Below the pieces are notes generated by a model. The model saw only the letters and a program-made list of their open reading frames with translations. It had not been told where the DNA came from and made no database searches. A DNA stretch of 64,000 nucleotides from positions 270,529-334,528 of the forward strand of contig WRPG01000001.1 in the NCBI GenBank assembly GCA_009773355.1. Reading direction: 5' to 3'. Numbering within the stretch: position 1 is the first letter of the stretch; the number at the start of each line of letters is the position of its first letter. A program made the translations under genes and the position numbers. The DNA is from Limisphaerales bacterium. Lineage in GTDB: Bacteria > Verrucomicrobiota > Verrucomicrobiia > Limisphaerales > SXTU01. This document shows positions 33,731-44,380 of this stretch, piece by piece.

Positions 33731-35131
33731 TCATCCCGTCACCTGCGCGGCCAGCTCCTCCGCCGGGTAGGTCCAGATTTCGGCCAGGGTCGGGTGGTAG
33801 TGCGGCATCGCCGCCAGTTCGCCGACGGTCATGCGCTTGCACATCGCGGTGACAATCTCGTGGACGAGTTCGCCGCCACCTGGCCCAACGCACGCGCCGC
33901 CGAGGATTTCGCCCGAGCGCGGATCGGCGAGCAGCTTCACAAAGCCGTCCTTCGCCTCCATGAGCAGCGACTTGCCGTGGTCGTTGAACGGGTAGCCCGC
34001 CACGATGAAGTCCCGGCCCTGCGCGCGGGCCTGCGCCTCAGAGAGACCGACACACGCGACCTGCGGATCGGTGAAGACCACGCTGATGAGCAACCGGTAA
34101 TCCACCCTACGCGGAGTCTGCGGATGGAGAATGTTGTGGGCCGCTGTCTCACCCTGCTGGATGGCGATGTGGACGATCTCGTGCGGCCCGGTGCAGTCGC
34201 CGGCGGCAAAGATGTGCGGGGCGGAGGTCTGCATTTGCGCATCGGTCTCGATGCGCCCGCGTGCGGCCAAGGCGATCCCAGCGGCGGGCAGGTTGAGGCC
34301 GGCGGTGTTGGGCGAGCGGCCCAGGCCGTGGAAGATTTCCTCCGCGCTCACGGTGCGGGTCCGTCCCGCGTGCTCGAAGGTGATGTGCTTCAAACCGCCT
34401 TCCGCCCGCGCTTCCAGCAGCCGCGTGCCCGTGAAAAGCTCGACGCCCTCGCGGCGGAACACAGTTTCGATGACTTGCGCGGCATCCGGATCGAAGTCGC
34501 GCAGCAGGTGCTCGCTCCGTTGCAGCAAGGTCACCCGCACGCCGAAGCGCGCGAAGAACTGCGCGAACTCCACCGCCACCGCGCCGCCGCCCAGCACGAT
34601 GAGCGACTTGGGCAGGCGCTCCAGCGTCATCGCGGTGTCGCTGGTGAGGTAGCCGGCCGCGTCCAGTTGCGGCAGCGGCGGCGTGGACACTGCGGAGCCG
34701 GTGCTGAGGACAAAGTGGGCGCTGGTGAGCCGCCGGCCGTTGTCCAGCTTGACCGTGTGCGGGTCCACGAACGAAGCGTTGGCGCGGATGAAATGGAACC
34801 GCCCGCTCTCCAACTGCTGCCGCCGGTAGCCGGCGAAGTCGGCGATCATCGCATTCTTGCGCGCCATGACCTGCGCGAAGTCGAAGCGGACTTCCGGCAC
34901 CTGAAGGCCCCAGGTCGCGGCATGCTCGGCGAGGTGCTTGACCTCCGCCGCGTAGAGCAGCGCCTTGGTGGGCATGCAGCCGCGCAAGATGCACAGGCCG
35001 CCGACTTCCGGGCCGCCCTCAATGACCACCGTGCGCAGTCCCCCGCGCGCCGTGGCGCTGGCGGCGGCGTAACCCGCACTCCCGCCACCGATGACCGCCA
35101 CGTCGAAGTCGAACTGGTTCGCCAAACTCAT
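33731..35131 (-). CDS. Class I pyridine nucleotide-disulfide oxidoreductase (dihydrolipoyl dehydrogenase/mercuric reductase-like)
   Basis: FDVAVIGGGSAGYAAA. Redox CxxxxC motif (GGLCILRGCMPTK). C-terminal HPTLAE dimerisation motif. ATG at 35131. Confidence 0.85.
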   Translation of the reverse strand: MSLANQFDFDVAVIGGGSAGYAAASATARGGLRTVVIEGGPEVGGLCILRGCMPTKALLYAAEVKHLAEHAATWGLQVPEVRFDFAQVMARKNAMIADFAGYRRQQLESGRFHFIRANASFVDPHTVKLDNGRRLTSAHFVLSTGSAVSTPPLPQLDAAGYLTSDTAMTLERLPKSLIVLGGGAVAVEFAQFFARFGVRVTLLQRSEHLLRDFDPDAAQVIETVFRREGVELFTGTRLLEARAEGGLKHITFEHAGRTRTVSAEEIFHGLGRSPNTAGLNLPAAGIALAARGRIETDAQMQTSAPHIFAAGDCTGPHEIVHIAIQQGETAAHNILHPQTPRRVDYRLLISVVFTDPQVACVGLSEAQARAQGRDFIVAGYPFNDHGKSLLMEAKDGFVKLLADPRSGEILGGACVGPGGGELVHEIVTAMCKRMTVGELAAMPHYHPTLAEIWTYPAEELAAQVTG

Positions 35132-35190
35132 GGACGACAGGTTGGGGCGCAAGCGGCGGCAATTCAACGCTGGAACCGGAGCGCTGGCTC

Positions 35191-35270
35191 GGAGTCCCGC
35201 CTTCAGGCGGCGCGACTGCCGCACGACGACGACGGGTCAGGTGCGCTCCACCGGCTGAAGCCGGGACTCC
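35191..35270. repeat. REPIN-like doublet: two inverted 20-nt hairpin units separated by 40 nt
   Basis: GGAGTCCCGCCTTCAGGCGG (35191-35210) and CCGGCTGAAGCCGGGACTCC (35251-35270). Each unit folds on its own (5-bp stem, TTCA/TGAA loop). The two units are near reverse complements of each other. Confidence 0.9.
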
Positions 35271-35319
35271 CTGTGCAGAAAGGCCGGCCTCGCCGGTGAA
35301 ACGAAGTCACTGCGGCGGG

Positions 35320-36093
35320 CTACTTCGCCTTGCGCAGCGCGTCCTGGATCTGCATTTCCAATTGCCTGGTCTGCTGCTCCGCACTGCGGGCGATGACCGC
35401 GATGGCGTGGCGGACCTTCTTCTCCTGCGGCGTGAGGCTCACATTCTTGGCGAGGCGGTCCACCTGCGTCTCGACCTTCTGCAACTCGACGAGCGCCTGG
35501 TCAATCTTGTCCTTCAAGGACTCATCCCCGGCCGACTTGTCGCTGAGGTAGCGGACGATCTCCTGCTCCAGGTCCGGGGCCAGCGCCTGCAACAGCTCCG
35601 GCTTGTTCTCCGCCGTGTTGAGCAGCGTGCGGATTTGCACCATGTGCGCCTGGAGGAAATCGTCGAGATGCTTGCCAAGCTGCTGGGCGGTGGCCTGGCA
35701 ATGCTCCTTGAAGTCCTGCTCGATGCGGTCCTCCAGCGCCTCGCGGTGGCGCGGCAGCTCGCGCTGCACATAATCCGGCAGGCCGGCGACCAGCGCGGGG
35801 ATGCGCTCCTTGACCTGGCTGGCGAGGGCGTCGGTCTTCTCCATGACCTGGCCGGCCACGAACGTGGTGGCGAAGTCGGCGGCGGCCTTGGGCTGGAGCT
35901 GCTGGTTCAGCGCACGGGCGACGAAGCTCATGTAGGCGACCACGACTGCGACGATGATGAGGCCCGCGACACGGGTGCGTTGGAGCGCGCGGCGCGTGGC
36001 GGCGAGCTCGCACGCCACAAACTGCTCGGCCACGGATGCGCCGATGGCGGGGGCGGGGGCGGGGGCGGGAGAGGAGGATTCGGGAGTGCTCAT
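35320..36093 (-). CDS. Hypothetical protein: N-terminal Pro/Ala tract, one TM, long helical/coiled C-terminal region
   Basis: 257-aa ORF. TM segment VAGLIIVAVVVAYMSFVA. Its start overlaps the upstream gene's stop (ATGA at 36090-36093). I recognise no family. Confidence 0.6.
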   Translation of the reverse strand: MSTPESSSPAPAPAPAIGASVAEQFVACELAATRRALQRTRVAGLIIVAVVVAYMSFVARALNQQLQPKAAADFATTFVAGQVMEKTDALASQVKERIPALVAGLPDYVQRELPRHREALEDRIEQDFKEHCQATAQQLGKHLDDFLQAHMVQIRTLLNTAENKPELLQALAPDLEQEIVRYLSDKSAGDESLKDKIDQALVELQKVETQVDRLAKNVSLTPQEKKVRHAIAVIARSAEQQTRQLEMQIQDALRKAK

Positions 36094-36836
36094 GGCTGGG
36101 CGGGTTTGACCTTGTTTTGAAGTTTGGCTGGGATCGTCGGCGCGGTCTCGGACACATGCAGGTCCGCGAACTCATCCCGGATGAGGTCGAACACCAGCAG
36201 GGCCATGTCCCAGGAGGCAAGGTCTTCCCGGGGGGTGACCGGCTCCGTGCGTTGGATGTGCGCCACGTCGTCCATGACGCTGCTCAACGACTCGAGGTGG
36301 GGCGCGAACAGATGGTGTGTGACATGGTCAAGCCGCTGCTGCGTCAGGTCGGTGAGTTGCAGCACCAGCGTCGCAACCTTCTGCTCGGTCACGTCGGGAT
36401 ACTGCTTGCGGATGTCCGCCTCGCGCTTTTTGAGCATGGTGCCGAAGGAGGCTTGCAGCACCTTCTCGCCCCGGCGCGGGAGGTTGTGCAGGAGTGACTC
36501 GACCTCCTTCTTGAGCGCGCCCGCCATCTCCGGCGTGCGGTCGTTGAGGCGGGCGAGTTCCTTGTTCACCGCCTCGCGCGTCTCGCTGAAGGTCTGCTGC
36601 GCGACCTTCTCGATCGTCGGGCGCACCTCGGTGTTCAGCCCGTCGGTGAACGCCGCGACGAATTCCTCGCGCGGCGGCCCCTCGGTGACGAGGCTTGCGG
36701 CGGAGTGGTAGATGGTGAAGACGCCATACGTGACGACGCCGATGGTGATGAGCGGGATGGCTGTGCGCCACAGTCGCAACTGTGAGCGCAGCGCCTCCAG
36801 CTCCCGGATTTGGGTGGAAACCTCTTCGGGGGTCAT
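36090..36836 (-). CDS. Hypothetical protein: one TM plus helical region, same architecture as the downstream neighbour
   Basis: 248-aa ORF. TM segment AIPLITIGVVTYGVFTIY. I recognise no family. Confidence 0.6.
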   Translation of the reverse strand: MTPEEVSTQIRELEALRSQLRLWRTAIPLITIGVVTYGVFTIYHSAASLVTEGPPREEFVAAFTDGLNTEVRPTIEKVAQQTFSETREAVNKELARLNDRTPEMAGALKKEVESLLHNLPRRGEKVLQASFGTMLKKREADIRKQYPDVTEQKVATLVLQLTDLTQQRLDHVTHHLFAPHLESLSSVMDDVAHIQRTEPVTPREDLASWDMALLVFDLIRDEFADLHVSETAPTIPAKLQNKVKPAQP

Positions 36837-36905
36837 AAAGAGGACTGGTGGTTGTGGTTGATGGTTGGCTGACGGTGGCGATTAAAGCTCCGGCAGCCGG
36901 CCATG

Positions 36906-37463
36906 TCAAACCCCATGCCAAGCCTGTTTTGCGCCGTCTGGCCGGGAGCGCTGACGATTGCGCAAGATCGCCTGGCCATGTTCCGCCGGCGTGTTCAGGT
37001 TCCGCAGTTCGTCCCGCCGTCGCCGAGGCAGCCGGAGTTTCCGCGCCCGCAGGCGCCGCGCAAGGGCTTGCAGAGAGAAGCGCTTCTCCGCAAGGGCCTG
37101 CTCCACCAACGGGAGACGCGCCCGGTCCAAGGCGAAGGGAAAGCCCGCGCCCTCCGCCGTTTGGGCAAACACTCCCCTGCCCTTCCCCTCCCCCACGGCG
37201 CGAATCAACTCCGGCGTCACGAACGGCATGTCACACGAGAGGAAGACCAGCCGCTCCGCCCGGCTGCGCTGAAACGCCGTCCATACCCCGCCCAACGGCC
37301 CGCAGCGCGGCACGAGGTCGCGGCGGATGACGCGCACGGGCCAGCCGGTCGCCCGCGCCGCCGCGCGCACCCACGCCAGCAAGGCCCGCCCGCCCAGCCG
37401 CAGCCGCGCCTTGTCCCGGCCCATGCGCGAGCTGAGTCCTCCCGCAAGGATGACGACTTCCAC
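36906..37463 (-). CDS. mobA: Molybdenum cofactor guanylyltransferase MobA
   Basis: VVILAGGLSSRMGRDKARLRLGG. I prefer the GTG at 37463 (MEVVILAGG). The track start at 37586 would translate a heptamer repeat tract. Confidence 0.7.
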   Translation of the reverse strand: MEVVILAGGLSSRMGRDKARLRLGGRALLAWVRAAARATGWPVRVIRRDLVPRCGPLGGVWTAFQRSRAERLVFLSCDMPFVTPELIRAVGEGKGRGVFAQTAEGAGFPFALDRARLPLVEQALAEKRFSLQALARRLRARKLRLPRRRRDELRNLNTPAEHGQAILRNRQRSRPDGAKQAWHGV

Positions 37464-37473
37464 GGCCAGCGGC

Positions 37474-37501
37474 TGACCGCTGACCGCCGACCGCCGACCG
37501 C
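37474..37501. repeat. Heptanucleotide tandem repeat (YGACCGC)x4
   Basis: TGACCGC TGACCGC CGACCGC CGACCGC. Confidence 0.95.
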
Positions 37502-37779
37502 TCTTTCGCTTCGCCTTCACCGCGCCCGATTTGCCGCCGGGAACGGGCCTCGCGCAATCACTTTCAGCGGAATTTAGCATTGCCACCGCGCGGCTGGCTG
37601 CTAGTTTGCGCCCTCTTTTCGCCGGATTCGGCGGGAAGGAACGGCCTTAAACCAAACAGCCTCGGCCCGTGTGGGCGGGGGCGGCCACCGTAACACCAAA
37701 CGAAATCCCGAGTTCTGCGGGATGGCCGGTCGCGCGAGTCGCGACGCGGGCTGACAACCAATCGGAACGGATAGCAAGT

Positions 37780-38574
37780 ATGATGACCATCGGAATCAAA
37801 GAACTGTTGGAGGCGGGCGTCCACTTCGGCCACCAGACCAAGCGCTGGAATCCCAAGATGAAGAAGTTCATCTTCGAGGCCCGCAACGGCATCCACATCA
37901 TTGACCTCAGCCAGACCGCGCAGCAGCTCCAGGCCGCCTGCGAGTTCCTCGGCGGGCTGGTGCGCGGCGGCGGCAATGTGCTCTTCGTCGGCACCAAGAA
38001 GCAGGCGCAGGAGGCCATCAAGGAATCCGCCAAGTCCTGCGGCCAGATGTATGTCACCGAACGCTGGCTCGGCGGCACGCTCACCAATTTCAAGACGCTC
38101 AAGCGCTCGCTCGCCCGCATGAAGAAGCTTGAGGCCATGTTCGCCGACGGTTCCGCCGGCAAATACGGCAAGAAGGAGCAGTCCGCGTTGGGCCGTGAGC
38201 TGGAGCGCTTCGTCAAGAACCTCGACGGCATCCGCACCCTCGACAAGATGCCCGACGCCATGTTCGTCGTGGACCTCAAGCGCGAGCACAACGCCGTCGC
38301 CGAGGCCCGCAAGCTCGGCATCCCGCTCGTCGCCATCGTGGACACGAACGCCGACCCCGACCTCGCCGACTACCCCATCGCCGGCAACGACGACGCCCTG
38401 CGCTCCGTGCGCCTCATCCTCGCCGGCGTGACCGAGGCGTGCGGCAAGGCCCGCGCCGAATACGAGGCCAAGTATGGCCGCAACAAGCAGGCCGCCGAAC
38501 CCGCGCCGGAGCCGGCCCCCGCCATCGCCCCCGAGGCGCTCGCGTCCCTCGCCACGGCTCCTGCCGCCGCCTAG
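37780..38574 (+). CDS. rpsB: 30S ribosomal protein S2 with an Ala/Pro-rich C-terminal tail
   Basis: [30 protein letters not shown] at 37780. Confidence 0.95.
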   Translation: MMTIGIKELLEAGVHFGHQTKRWNPKMKKFIFEARNGIHIIDLSQTAQQLQAACEFLGGLVRGGGNVLFVGTKKQAQEAIKESAKSCGQMYVTERWLGGTLTNFKTLKRSLARMKKLEAMFADGSAGKYGKKEQSALGRELERFVKNLDGIRTLDKMPDAMFVVDLKREHNAVAEARKLGIPLVAIVDTNADPDLADYPIAGNDDALRSVRLILAGVTEACGKARAEYEAKYGRNKQAAEPAPEPAPAIAPEALASLATAPAAA

Positions 38575-38628
38575 TTTCCCTTGAACGAACGGGACTGCGG
38601 GCCGCGACCGGCTCCGCAGCTCCCAACC

Positions 38629-38649
38629 AATTACTAATCACTAATCACT
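38629..38649. repeat. Heptanucleotide tandem repeat AATTACT AATCACT AATCACT
   Basis: Read directly in the rpsB-tsf spacer, 10 nt upstream of the tsf ATG. Confidence 0.9.
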
Positions 38650-38658
38650 CTCCCATTT

Positions 38659-39498
38659 ATGGCTGAAATCACCGCCGCAACCGTAGGCAAGCTCCGCGAA
38701 ATGACCGGCGCGGGCTTGATGGACTGCAAGAAAGCGCTCACCGAGAACAACGGCGACCTCGACCTCGCCGTGGACTGGCTCCGCAAGAAAGGCGTCGCCA
38801 GCGCCGCGAAGAAGGCCGACCGCGCCGCGAACGAGGGCGTCATCGCCCAGCACATCGTGCCCGGCTCCAAGGTCGGCGTGCTGCTCGAAGTGAATTGCGA
38901 GACCGACTTCGTCGCCAAGAACGACCAGTTCAAGGCCTTCTGCGACGACCTCGCGAAGAAGATTGCCGGCAACCCGGCCGCCGACCTCGAACCCGACCGC
39001 GTCGCCGCCGTCGCGAAGATTGGCGAGAACATCCGCCTCAACCGCCACCTCCGCTGGGAAGTCACCGGCAACGGCCTCATCGCCGCCTACATCCACACCG
39101 GCGCGAAAGTCGGCGTGCTCGTCGAAGTCGGCGCGGGCCAGGAAGCCACCGTCACGAACGACGCCTTCAAGGAACTCGTGCGCGACATCACCCTGCAAAT
39201 CGCCGCCGGCAACCCCACCGCCGTCCGCCGAGAGGAAGTGCCCGCCGAAGTGCTCGACAAGGAAGACGAGATCGCGCGCAACTCCGACGCGCTCAAGGGC
39301 AAGCCCGCCGCCGCGATGGCGAACATCCTCAAGGGCAAGCGCGAAAAATACTTCCAGACCGTCTGCCTCGTGGAGCAGGGCTTCGTGAAGAAGAACGGCG
39401 AAGTCACCGTGAAGGAGCACATCGCCACCGTCGGCAAGGCCCTCGGCGACGAAGTCACCGTCCGCCGCTTCGTCCGCTACCAGATCGGCCTGGCCTGA
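38659..39498 (+). CDS. tsf: Translation elongation factor Ts
   Basis: MAEITAATVGKLREMTGAGLMDCKKAL (UBA-like N-terminus). 279 aa. Confidence 0.95.
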   Translation: MAEITAATVGKLREMTGAGLMDCKKALTENNGDLDLAVDWLRKKGVASAAKKADRAANEGVIAQHIVPGSKVGVLLEVNCETDFVAKNDQFKAFCDDLAKKIAGNPAADLEPDRVAAVAKIGENIRLNRHLRWEVTGNGLIAAYIHTGAKVGVLVEVGAGQEATVTNDAFKELVRDITLQIAAGNPTAVRREEVPAEVLDKEDEIARNSDALKGKPAAAMANILKGKREKYFQTVCLVEQGFVKKNGEVTVKEHIATVGKALGDEVTVRRFVRYQIGLA

Positions 39499-39521
39499 GT
39501 CTCCAACTCGCTCAATTCACC

Positions 39522-39558
39522 AGAACGGGCGTTCCGCAAGGGACGCCCGTTCTACTTT
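39522..39558 (+). terminator. Terminator hairpin after tsf
   Basis: AGAACGGGCGT (10-nt loop) ACGCCCGTTCT followed by ACTTTG. Confidence 0.65.
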
Positions 39559-39698
39559 GTCGAGCGCTTCCCCGAGCACGATTGGCACGGCCCAGAACTC
39601 GCAGACGACACTGGTGGGAGCCGCCAAAATTATCGCATCGGAGGTTCCCGCATTGCAGTCACCGGCCAACTGCGTAGGATGCGCGGCATTCGTTGCGC

Positions 39699-42230
<2,532 letters not shown>

Positions 42231-42243
42231 GAACTGTTTCGCG

Positions 42244-42312
42244 TTTTGAGTTTCGAGTTGAGCAACGACACCGGCAAGTGAACCCGAAACCCCAAACGCC
42301 AAACTCGAAACT
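42244..42312. repeat. Palindromic element with arms of 7-nt units (TTTGAGT TTCGAGT / CCGAAAC CCCAAAC GCCAAAC TCGAAAC)
   Basis: AGTTTCGAGTT on the left pairs with AACTCGAAACT on the right. The 7-nt periodicity is read directly. Confidence 0.85.
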
Positions 42313-42877
42313 GGGCTTGTTCGGCGGCTCCTTCGACCCCGTCCACCTCGGGCATCTGCTCGTGGCGCAGGCGGCGTGCGAGGAGTTCGGGCTGGACCGG
42401 CTGTGCTTCATCCCGGCGGCGCAATCGCCCTTCAAGCCAGGCAGCGAGCCTGCGCCCGCGAAGGTGCGCCTCCAGATGCTACGCCTCGCCCTCGCCGGCC
42501 AGCCGCGTTACGAGGTGGACGCGCAGGAGGTCACGCGCGGCGGCGTGAGCTACACGATTGACACGGTGCGCGACTACCGCCGGCGCTTCCCGGCCGCGCG
42601 GCTCCACTGGCTCATCGGCGCGGACCACGTGGCCAAGCTCCCGCTCTGGCGCGACGCGGAGGAACTCGCTGCCAGCGTGGAGTTTCTCGTCATTCCCCGG
42701 CCCGGTGAGCCGAGCGTCCCCTTCCCCGGCCCGTTCCGAGGCGCGATGCTGAAAGGCTTTCCGCTGGGTGTCTCCTCGTCGCAAATCCGCGCGCGGGTGA
42801 AGGCGGGCTTGCCAGTGGATTTGCTCACCGGCCTCGTGGTCGCCGAGGCCATCCGTGCGAACAGGCTTTATCTCTGA
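42278..42877 (+). CDS. nadD: Nicotinate-nucleotide adenylyltransferase
   Basis: LGLFGGSFDPVHLGHL and the SSSQIR motif. The start is uncertain: a GTG at 42278 lies inside the repeat element, and the conserved core begins about 42311. Confidence 0.8.
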   Translation: MNPKPQTPNSKLGLFGGSFDPVHLGHLLVAQAACEEFGLDRLCFIPAAQSPFKPGSEPAPAKVRLQMLRLALAGQPRYEVDAQEVTRGGVSYTIDTVRDYRRRFPAARLHWLIGADHVAKLPLWRDAEELAASVEFLVIPRPGEPSVPFPGPFRGAMLKGFPLGVSSSQIRARVKAGLPVDLLTGLVVAEAIRANRLYL

Positions 42878-42902
42878 GCCGGAGTTTGCCACCGTCCCCG
42901 CA

Positions 42903-43274
42903 ATGGAAGCCAAGCAACTTGCCCTGCTCTGCCGGAAACTGGCCGAGAACAAGAAAGCCGAAGACATCGTCGTGCTGGACGTGCGCAAGCTGTCGAGCGT
43001 GACGGACTACTTCGTGATCTGCTCCGGCACGAGCGAGCCGCACCTGCGCGCCATCGTCAGCGAGCTGGAGGACCAGTTGCGCAAAGAGCACGGGATCAAG
43101 GCCCGTGCCGAGGATGGCGCTGCGGGTGGGCGCTGGGTGGTCATGGATTTCTTCGACGTGATCGTCCACGTCATGCACCCGGACGTGCGGAAGCAATACG
43201 ACCTCGAAGGGTTGTGGAGTGACGCCAAGCCGGTGCGGGCGGGGAGCCGGAAGAAGAAGGCAGCGGCGGAGTGA
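42903..43274 (+). CDS. rsfS: Ribosome silencing factor RsfS
   Basis: AEDIVVLDVRKLSSVTDYFVICSGTSEPHLRAI and WVVMDFFDVIVHVM. Confidence 0.9.
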   Translation: MEAKQLALLCRKLAENKKAEDIVVLDVRKLSSVTDYFVICSGTSEPHLRAIVSELEDQLRKEHGIKARAEDGAAGGRWVVMDFFDVIVHVMHPDVRKQYDLEGLWSDAKPVRAGSRKKKAAAE

Positions 43275-43280
43275 CAGCAT

Positions 43281-43364
43281 GGAGTAGTGGAGTGTTGGAG
43301 TGTTGAAATGCATCCGAACGCCCGGCCACCACTCAATTACTCCACCGTTCCACCACCCCGTTGC
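43281..43364. repeat. Palindromic GGAGTnnn-octamer element (family A, copy 2)
   Basis: Left arm GGAGTAGT GGAGTGTT GGAGTGTT. Core ATGCATCCGAA. Right arm CCACCACTCAATTACTCCACCGTTCCACCACCCCGTT. Same layout as 10459-10549. Confidence 0.85.
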
Positions 43365-43374
43365 CCCGCTCGCC

Positions 43375-43713
43375 TCAGTCGAGATTCCGCTCGTCGGGCC
43401 GCTCCTCGTCGTCGGGCTTGGAAATGCCCTCCGGCATTTCCGCTGCGGTCTTCACCATCTCGCCGATGATCTGGTGAAAATCCTCCAGTCCGCTCGCGGG
43501 GATGATGATGGTGTCGCGACGGCCCTGCACATCCTCCGTGATGCGGAGGAACCGTCCGCGCGGGTTTTCGCGCAGCGTGAAGATGAAGAGCTTGCGCTCA
43601 ATGTTGAGCTTCTCGGTGCGCAGCGCGTCCTCGGGCAGCGGCTGCTTGGGCGGGCTGGAATGGTGGTGATGCGGACGGCGGCCGTAGGGAGAAGGACGTT
43701 CGTTCGAGATCAT
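43375..43713 (-). CDS. PUR-alpha-like nucleic-acid-binding protein (DUF3276 family)
   Basis: LRTEKLNIERKLFIFTLRENPRGRFLRITEDVQGRRDTIIIPASGLEDF. ATG at 43713. Confidence 0.7.
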   Translation of the reverse strand: MISNERPSPYGRRPHHHHSSPPKQPLPEDALRTEKLNIERKLFIFTLRENPRGRFLRITEDVQGRRDTIIIPASGLEDFHQIIGEMVKTAAEMPEGISKPDDEERPDERNLD

Positions 43714-43774
43714 GCCTGGAAGACCCCGCCGGCAGCGCCATTGCCCCGGGAGGTCAGCGTCACGTCTCTGCCCC

Positions 43775-44326
43775 TCAGGACCGGTTGTCAATGCCGAATT
43801 TGTTGATCGGTGAGACGAAGCGCGGCGCCTCGCCCGTATGGATGACCCGCGCGAGGTAAAGCCACAGGGACGCCAGCATCAGCAGGTTCATCGTCTGCGA
43901 GACGCCATGCCACAGGCCGAACGACTTCGCCGCCTCCTCGCGCTGCGCGGCGGTCGCGGTGTAGCGGTAGTGGTCGGCGTATTTGACGCGCTGCAATTGC
44001 TTCAGCTTGGGCTGGAGCCAAAGGCCGCCAAGGAGGCTCAGGCCCAGCACGCCGCCCACGAGCCAGACCGTCAGGCGGGGCGGCACCTTGCCGGAATACA
44101 TCCATTCCGCGCCGAGGTGCGCCAGCGCGAGGAACCCGCAGACGTAGTGCAGGACGAAGTAGCGGCCCAGCACCAGCTCGGCGATCGCCCCGTTGTAGGG
44201 CGGGGGAAAGAGCTGCTTCATCTCGGGCGTGAAGAAGGCCGGGCCGGCGAAGAAGGTGAAGAAGACCGTCGCGCCAAACCACACCGCCGCCACCGTCACG
44301 CCGAAGAATCGCAGGAAGGAAAGCAC
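43775..44326 (-). CDS. DUF4149-like four-TM membrane protein
   Basis: 183-aa hydrophobic ORF (FFGVTVAAVWFGATVFFTFFAGPAFF). GTG start. Confidence 0.6.
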   Translation of the reverse strand: MLSFLRFFGVTVAAVWFGATVFFTFFAGPAFFTPEMKQLFPPPYNGAIAELVLGRYFVLHYVCGFLALAHLGAEWMYSGKVPPRLTVWLVGGVLGLSLLGGLWLQPKLKQLQRVKYADHYRYTATAAQREEAAKSFGLWHGVSQTMNLLMLASLWLYLARVIHTGEAPRFVSPINKFGIDNRS

Positions 44327-44380
44327 GTCGCCGATGCTAGGGAAGGCTCCCCTGCCCTGCCAAGTCTCGATTCGGAATGC

